Below, piece after piece: positions 1 to 9,000 of a DNA stretch of 64,000 nucleotides. Made by a program: the position numbers and the translations under genes. Position 1 is the first letter of the stretch, and each line of letters begins with the position of its first letter. This stretch comes from a virus: IMG/VR virus record IMGVR_UViG_3300030060_004277, positions 27,600 to 91,599 of that record. One strand, 5' to 3'. The notes beneath the pieces are model-generated. The model was given only the letters and a program-made list of their open reading frames with translations, was not told the DNA's origin and ran no database searches.

Positions 1-3000
1 AGTAGGGGTTCTTCCTCATGAACTCAGGGTGGGATAGTTCCTGCGCTTGGAGCACTGGCATCATCGCGCTGTTGGTCGTCTCGAATGAGAACCTGACATT
101 GCCGTACAACTTCTCGCCCGTCAGGAAGGCTGTGTCCGATGAGCCTGTCGTATCTACCCTAGTGACCCAAGGAACGGCACCGAGACCACGAGCGTTGATT
201 GCTGGTAGTGACAGGTTGCCACCATCCATCCTCTTCCACACCACGTTCTCCACCGAGAAGTTCTTCGCAGGTGAGTTTTCGTACATCTGGAATGCGTTGA
301 CGTCACCCATCCAATACTCAGTCGGATAGGCAACGCTGTTACCAGTGCTGGCTGTGTACGCTGTGCCTGTGTACTTATCAGCAGACACGTTCCTCTGAGC
401 GTCACCACTCTCAAGCAAGGCAGAGCCCACGCTTCTATCTAGGTCGAAGAGTAGGTCACCGGTCTTGTTTAGACCCGGTGTAGCATTCTTCAGAAGCAGG
501 TCATTGCTGGCTGATGTCGTATCGACGAAGGTCAGCGTACCGTTTGTGACAGACCCTCCCGTTGTTGAGGCGGATAGTTCGAACTCGGTGGTGCTGGTGA
601 TGCTCGCTATGGTGGCACCTTCCGGTATGCCAGTCCCAATCACTCTCAGACCAACGATGATTTTGTCATCAGCATCATGCGTGATGGTGGGGTCGTCGTT
701 GTAGTCACAGGTAGCGTTGGTGAATGAGAAGTTGGTGAAGAAGTCGGACGTGAGGGTATCGGTCCAATTCGCTCCTACCGTGCCTGTTGGCACTGCTGTG
801 CCATCCACTATCAGAGCCTCGACGTTAGGACCGGCGTTTGCTGGTGCGATGTACCTGTCTTGGTCATGGAATCTGGGGTCGAATTGCGTAGTGCCAGCAG
901 CGCGTATCTTGTTGCTGCTGGTGGTCTTGAGATGGAGCCAATCACCGTTGCACTGTATCAGGTCACGGTCGTACTTGTTCTTGAGTGCCGTCTCGCATTC
1001 GTAACTGACCACTAGGAAGGCGCTGGTGTACAGACCCTGTGGGTGTGTGAGTTCCTTCGGTAGGGTCGTCCTGTAGTTCGTGGGCGATGACCAGTGTGTG
1101 ACGCTGTTGGTGGTCGTATCACTGTCTTGGAAATAGGGACTCGATGTGCCTGTCGACCAACCGTCACCACTTGAGTCTGGGAAGTTGGTATAGAATCTGG
1201 TTTTGGTTAGAGCATCTGCTACGTTAGTGCCCAGACCATCCACGGGCGCTATGCTCTCCGGACTGTGCTTCATCGGTGCGACCACTGGCACTGAGCCATG
1301 CGTTGACATCACCGTGCCAGCGGTACCGTATGGCGAGAATGCCAGATTGGGATGATAGGCACCTAGACCAGCAGCGTAACCAGTGGTAGTGGTAGTGCTT
1401 GCGTTCTTGGTGGTGGAGACGGATATCTTGAGGCTGTTGAGCAAGGAGTACCTCTCGCCATGCCACCCCACTGCTCCGATTGGCCTCGTCCTGTCAATGG
1501 CATCCGCGATGCCTGAGAAGTGAGCCTGTGTCATGTGGTCACGGGTGCTGTCGTTCTCGTTGTTGAAGCGTATCGTACCGGCCTTGGACCACACGAAGAT
1601 AGTGGCATTGCTTGCTACTGTCGCGAAATCATCAGCGCTACCCCCTACATGGTCTTCCCAAGTCGCTATATCCTCGAACTCGTTCTTGCCCTCTATTCTG
1701 TTGGGTGCTAGGAAGAACTTGATGTCACCACTTGCGTTTATCTCCCTCGAGTGGTAACAGGCCCAACTCACGGTATTGCTGACATGGGCTCTCAGCCAGC
1801 CAGACGCTGGTATCTGCTCTGCTGTGACCTGATTGGGATTGCTGGTGTCGACTGTGATGAAATTGGTGGGTGCGCTTGATTGTTGCACCCCGCTCGATGA
1901 GGTTCCGACTGACACCCAGCCGTACCTGTCCTGTCTGAGGGAGTTGCCCATTGATGGCATGTGTGTGCCACCGAGCGCCTTCAGTGCCCCAGCACCGGGG
2001 AAGGTGTTGATGGCCGCACCCAGAATGGTGGCGAACTCCTCGCCGTTCTGACAGCGCGTCGCATCTACCACTATGTACTCCATTTGGGCGTGGGCAGTAG
2101 TCACTGAATCAGATGAGCCTGTGTAGTTCAGTGTCTTGTTCAACATGGTCCCCGATACCCTGAATGCCGCTGGGTGTATCTGGTCTCCCCTAGGCCACGA
2201 CGTGCCGTTTATTCTGTTATTACTACTAGCAGAGGGATGTGGTGGGTTGAATGTGATTTGATTGTCCATCCAGTGACCGCCGGGATGGAAGCCACCATCC
2301 ATGTGCCACACCGTATCAGCGGCCATCGCTATGCCGTATGCTATGACAGGGGTGTGCATCTTCGGATGTATGGGCAATAGGTCGGTAGCGTGATGCGGTG
2401 TAGCGTCACTGAACTGCTGACCGTAGTGCCTACCGTGAGCGGGTCTCTGTAGGAACTTCCCTTTCATGCAGTACCCGGCTGGCGTCTCCCAGTTGACCAT
2501 CGTTCTCCAGTGGAATCCAGCAGTGTCGTTGTAACGGGTCTTGCTCATGGGGCCGAACGTGTACTTGTCGTTGTCGATGGAGTTCGGGAACAGTAGATTG
2601 GATTGCGTGTCACTGTCAGGCACGGAGGCCCAAGTCGAATTGTTGGTCGCCGTGACTATCAGGCCGGGATTGGGCTCGAACTTGTTACCAGCGTCTACGC
2701 TGGAGTGTGCTAGACCATTGCTGTCGTTGACCTCCCTAGTGAAGGGGAACGCCTGACCCGGCCCGAATATGACATACGTGGTCTTGTTCTCAGTGCCATC
2801 GATGTGGTCCTCGTACCTCGCCGTGGGGTGTGGGAACCTGAGGACTAGGGGAGTGGGCTTGGCAGTGATTATGTCATTCGACAGCACTGAGGTCTTGTTC
2901 AAATCAGGAGCAAGCACGTTGTCCTTGTTGAATGCTGGTGGTGTGATGCTACCACGGTGTTGGTTGCAAAGCGCTGCACCGGGGAAGAATGCGAACATTG

Positions 3001-6000
3001 CATTGGTATCGAGCATTGCGAAACTGGTGGATATCTCGCTTGCGTTCTGTATGCCTGAGACTCCCGTAGGCCCATTGGCATAAGGGTGGGTGTAGAACGA
3101 GGAGTAATCGTTCTGAGTGCCGTCATTGACGTCAAGCGTAACACCACTGAAGCCACCGCCGAAGTACAATGGCACGCTGTGGTCACGACTTCTCTTACCG
3201 CCCTTGAACATGACAACAGGTTCTGAGAATACGCTACCGACGGAGCGCAGTCCATCGAACTTCCGGGTGTGTTCCCTATCCCCCCACTTGGACCATAGGT
3301 AGTCAACGCTTGCTGATGGGCTACCACCACCGCCGGTGTGATGGGTGTCGAAGTCATCGGAACCCGTGTCTGCTACCCACTCCAAATCATACGCATCGGC
3401 AGTGGATGCTGTGGCGCTGGTCGTGTTGTAACGTAGTTCTGCTGTTGTGTTTATGTCTGGGGAGAGATACACCCTCGCTCTCTCGTTTGCGGGTTTCAGT
3501 ACCACATGTGACTGGTAGTATGGAATCAGGAAGTCCGTGACGTCCTGTGCGGTGTTGTTCACATTGGCTCTGAGTCCACCCGCTTCGTCAGTAAGGAGTT
3601 GCGGGTTGTCTATCTTGGGCAGTATGTGGTCTCCCGATGAGCGTGTGAATGATATGCCCTTCAGTCCCTCCCTCCACTTCTTGATGCTCACTGGAATGTT
3701 GCTGGAGTCTACAAGAACCGGTGTGGCTGTGTTGCTGTTGGGTCCTCTCGCAGCAGTGCGTATCTGTAGTAGAGTGTAAGGTATGTAACCGCAGTCTATG
3801 TTACGGCTCTTGTCTATGTCAGCATCCGACACTGCTCTTGAGGTGCCGAAAGCATAGCCAACTGAGCCTGTTGGTCTCAATGTCTTCTCCAACTCACCGA
3901 ACTCCAGATGCGCGGCTTTGATTCCTTGGTCGGGATGGAGAGTGGCTGAGAATGATGTGTTGAGTGGCCGTAGCGTCTTGTTTGGGTTGTAGGCCCTGAT
4001 GGTGATTGCGGTTGGGCTGACGCCCCACTCACCAAAGGTCCTACCATCTGCTGCATACATGTCAGTGCAATCGAACTTGAGTCCCTCTGCTGAGTTTATG
4101 ATGTTGCCAGCATTGACAGCAGCAGCGGTCACAGCAGCCATGAGTTCGTCAGTGACTAGACAAGTCCAGTTAGGCCCAGCGGATATGAACTCGCCACCAT
4201 TGCCACTGATTGTCGCAAGTTCTGTGGATGTGAATCCCTCGACGTCGTAGAATTTGTCTCCCTCCCTTCTGCTGTAGGACGCCACATATCCTAGGTGGAC
4301 GTCATCGGCGGGTGCCACGGTGAGTTTCCTGCCATGAATGTGTATGACGCCGTTCTCCTTGGGGAAGCCGTAGTACCCGAGTATGTCTATGTCACTGGAC
4401 ATATGGGAATAGGGTCTTGCATGTGTGATAGTCAGTGTCGTGCCTGAGAGACTGAGCCCACCACCATCCAATCCAACCGATGAGCCTACCGCTATGGTAG
4501 CCTCCGGTGATGGTACGCCTCTCCACCTACCGCCCTTCCAAGCGTGCTCTGTGACTGTAGGCACTGCTCTTGCCGTGCCAGTTCCAGAACCAGCCCCAGT
4601 TGCTACGAAGAACGTGCCCACGTTGCTATCAGCAGCACCCACGGTGGTGAAATCGGTGCTGCCTGTGCTTACTATTCTATAGCGGTGACCTGTGACGAAA
4701 CCACCAGCAGTGTCTACGTTGGTAAGACTGCTATCGCCGTAATCCACCGCCATTCTGCCTGTGGAGTCTCCTGAGCCGAACATGTGCTTGCCTATCGTGA
4801 AGCCACCTTGTGAGGTATCACGGTCATCGAAGAATACGCAGACTTCATCGTCTATCGTGTTCGGTAGGATTGTGTTTTCATTCGAGAAGGACTCGCTCAC
4901 TTGCTTGTAGACGTATCTTACTCCGAACTCGTCTCCGGTGTTGTCCTTGAATCTGAATCCGAAGACCTGTCCGCTGCCTATGTTGTCAGATAGTTTGTCA
5001 GCACTAGGCACGTATGAGCCATAGGAGCCTGTTGACTTTCCATACCTGTTGTTGAACCCCCTCTCGTTCACCTTGCCGAAACCCCATGTACCAGCATTGG
5101 GCGCCCATCCCGGCACACCTGTCGCTACTAATCCGCCGAAGTTGACTCTACCAGTGGCTCTCGACCCTACTCTGAGTCCCTTGGTCAGTGTTGAAGATGA
5201 ACCCTTGACGTCAAGAGATTCTACGTTGATTGTGTTATGGCTTTTACCGCTGATGGAATCGGACACCGCTCTGAGCACAGTGTCATCCTCGAAATCAGAG
5301 ACGCTATGCACGTCCTCACCGCTTTCCTCTGCTGTGATGTACTGACGTAGAGTGGTGATTGGTGCGAATGGTCGACCATGCTTGTTCAGTGGCATTGGTG
5401 CTGGATGCATGTTCTCACCCTCGTTCTCTTCCGGTAACGCCCAGAAGTTCCTCCACCTCCCACCATGTCCTATTAGGAACTCAGGCTCGTACGTGTCTTG
5501 ACCAGTGCTGTTGTCCAACCATACGCAGAAGTTACGGCCCGTTGCCCCCGGAACCGTGCTGTGTACGACTATCGATACACCGGTGTCTCCTTTCAGGTCC
5601 TGAACTTCCCTGCCTATGTGTGCTCTGACGTATCCCATGTGGGTGCCCTTGTTCTTGTCATCCACATGCCAGAAGGGAGAGGGGTCATGTGCTGAGCCGT
5701 TGTTGGTTCTAGCAGTTAGGGCACCGTGTTGATTGATGAGCCTGACTACTTCCTCAGCGGCTTGTCTGATATTGACAACACCTTCCCTGTTCTTGACCTC
5801 ACCCATATCGATGGTGAGTCTTCTGACGAAGTCCATGTCCTTCCACTCAGGGAGGTGCTGCAACCTGCTCTCCTCATGCGAGGTTAGGTCCAATGACTCT
5901 GCTCTGATTCCCCTGAGGCACAGGAAGGCGGGTATCACCCTCGTGCCATCTGGTGTGTCGAAGAAGGTGGATGGGTCCCTGAGGTTGTATCCGGATGATG

Positions 6001-9000
6001 ATGTGGATTTCCTGTGTGTGACGAGCGCTGATGTGAAGACATCAGACGAATCCAATGGGATTCTTGTCAAGAAATGAAGCGTGTCCGCCACTTCACTCAA
6101 AGACGCACTGTCATTGGTTCTGGGCACTGTGCTGTAACCGTGTCTCAGTCCATCGACAGTGCCACCGAGTGAGTATTCCGTATGCACATGATGACCGTGG
6201 GCCTTGCCGTAAATCCTGACGCTGGTGTTATCCCTGCCATCGGTCGGTAGTTTGTAGGTCCCAGTTGGAACTGTGCTTTCCAACAGGTCGCTTGTCTGTC
6301 TGTTGGCTAAGTCATGTGCGTATGCGCTCTCTATGAACTTTGATTGCTGTGTACTCCTGATGTATGGGTTCTGTGAGAGGTATCCGTTTGTCACGTCTAT
6401 CTGAGTGGTCCATGGGCTAGGAGCGGAGCCAGCGTATTGCGCATTTAATTTGTAGAGGGATGTCCTGCTTGTACCACCTGTGTCAACGACTTCCTTTCTC
6501 CACCCCAACTGCGTGGCCTCGGGACTCGTCTGCACTTGCATGAAGATGTCTTGGAATGCGATGAACTCCCTGTCATGTGCCACGTCGTATAGCAGGACCC
6601 GAGCATGGTCCGCAGTGAAAAGATAGGGGTCTGTGTAAGCGATAGTGGGCGCTTGTGAGGCAGTGAGGCCCAGTGCTAGGTAGTTCTCCTCTATCGTCCT
6701 GTTGACGTGTTGCACGTAGTTTCTAGCAGTCTCTAGGCAGTCATTACCAATCAGGAAGTTCTCTATCGGGGTGCTGTCTCTCGGTGAGTCGCTCAATGAG
6801 CCCGAGCCTCCAGTGAACTCGGACCACACTTGTGACTCGTCATACACGCCTCTGCTCTTAGCGAATAGTCCCTCAACGGCATGTGGATTGTTGTAGGACA
6901 TATTAGCCCATATCGTATCGCCGTTACGGAGTCCACCGGGTGCGTATGGGTTCAACCACTTGGCATTGAGTATCGCATCTCTGTCCTCATAATCACCCAT
7001 TGCCACTGCTAGTTTCGCGTTGGATGGTATGTCTGGCGCATTGCCCGAAAGATGTATTGTGCTACCATCGACTCTAGTGACAGTCCCTATCTTCTTGATT
7101 TCATCAGTCGTGGTATCAACATAGTAGTATACCTCGTCATCCTTCTTGATGTTCATACCATGTAGGTTGTGTAATGTCTTCTTTCCTAAATCACTGCTGT
7201 CTATTTCTACGTAGGCTCTCGCGGTAGAACTGTAGGCAGTAATACCGAGAGAGGTATCTATGTGCATGTTGTTGAAGAGTTCCCTGTATACCACACCACC
7301 GTCGTAGAACGTCTGACCGGTGCCGAAGGCAGAGGTCTCCCTTATCACTCTCGCAGCCTTTCTGCTCAATGTGATTTTCTTTCCGACCAAGGAGGTGGGG
7401 TTTGTTCCTACTGCTGTGGTGTACGCTAGTGTTATGCTGTTATCAGGCGTGGTGACAGAGCCAATGGTCTTGAGATTGCCATGGTAGTGGTATCTGTGTA
7501 TGGTGCTACCATCATTGTACTGAACCTCGTAGATGAGTTCTCCCTGCTCCTTTGGCGCGTTGGCGATGTCGTCATAGCCTAGATTGGGGAACCTAGCGAA
7601 GTCCTCTGGACTGAGAGTGAGGGTGAGAGCGAACTCGCTGTTGCCTAGTGATGTCTTGAGTTCGCTCAGTGGTTTCCCAGTTGCTCTCTTTACCTCTACC
7701 TTGGGTGCGTGTGGATTGCTCTCGGGACCAGCCTTGAACTCCACGGCGGTGACATATTGCCTGAGGCCGTAATCGACGTTTCCTCCCTGTGTCTTTACAC
7801 TAGCAGCGTCATAGTGGTACTCGCTCCTACCTTCGAAATCCGATGACGGTGTGAACTCGTCAGATGAGATGACGTCTATATCACTGTCAAGAAGGGGGCC
7901 ACCCAAGAACACAGAAGCACCGGTTTGAAGCGAATCGAGGAAGCCATCGGTAATGGCATAGAGCCCGCTGATGACCCCCGGCTCTCCGATTCTTATCGAG
8001 CCGTTGGTGTAGTCGATGGATGAGTACCAAGCCCATTCTCCAGTCGCTGTGAAAATCTTCCTGTATCTTCTGTGTGAGGTACCATGGTACTTCGCGTTTG
8101 TCTTAGTGGGAGCAGGGAAGACATCGATGTCATTTAGATACAAATCCAGACCATTCGTCACATCTCCCTCTATCTTGGTGATGTAAGTGGACTTGACGAA
8201 CTCCCTCTTCTCTATCGCGAAGGAGTACGCGGAACTCGCCTCCCTGTCAGTCGGTGGCCTGCTCTTGAATCTCCTACCGACTGGTGAGGGGTTGTACGTG
8301 TGTGCGGTATGCGTGGCATCGACATGAATCTTGAATCCGTTGTCAGGACCCACTGTGCTCTTGAAGAACTGGTTAGTGAAGAGCGGTATCTCGGCAATCG
8401 CTCTGGTGCTGGCGTATTGAGTGCCGAGTTGGTAGTCGTGTGACACGTCATTCAGAGCCTGATGCATCCTGTCATTCACAGTGCTACCATTCTCTATATT
8501 GGACTCATCACCGAAGTCAGGTTCGCTGAAGACAGTGAAGTTGCCGTAAATCTCAACAGCACCACTCGTATCACCCACCATCAACCCGGTGGCGTTCAGT
8601 ATCTCACCTATCGAAGTGTACTCACTCCCTGATGCGCTTATGAAATCACCAGAGCCCAGTGTGGACAATGTGAAGGTGAAAGTGGTTCCAGACTTGCTGG
8701 AGTACTTGGCACTGCTACCGTCTGGTAGGTATATCCTGCCGTATCTGGGAAAGCCATAGGTGCCCCAACTCGCTAGGTCTTCCGAGTTGTTGTTGAGTGG
8801 TTCGACGAGAAGCGTGCCCGTGCCTGTGCTGAAATCCATATCCAGTTTGACTGCTTCAACAGCATATGCCCTACGAGTGGAGTAGGACTCGTGTGCCAGC
8901 ATGCTCTTCTGATACACCGGTTTGGTGTCCATGGCCCCTTGACCGGGTCCACCTAGGGTAACCGTAACCACTGGTGCGTTGGGCTCTATCTCCTTGACTA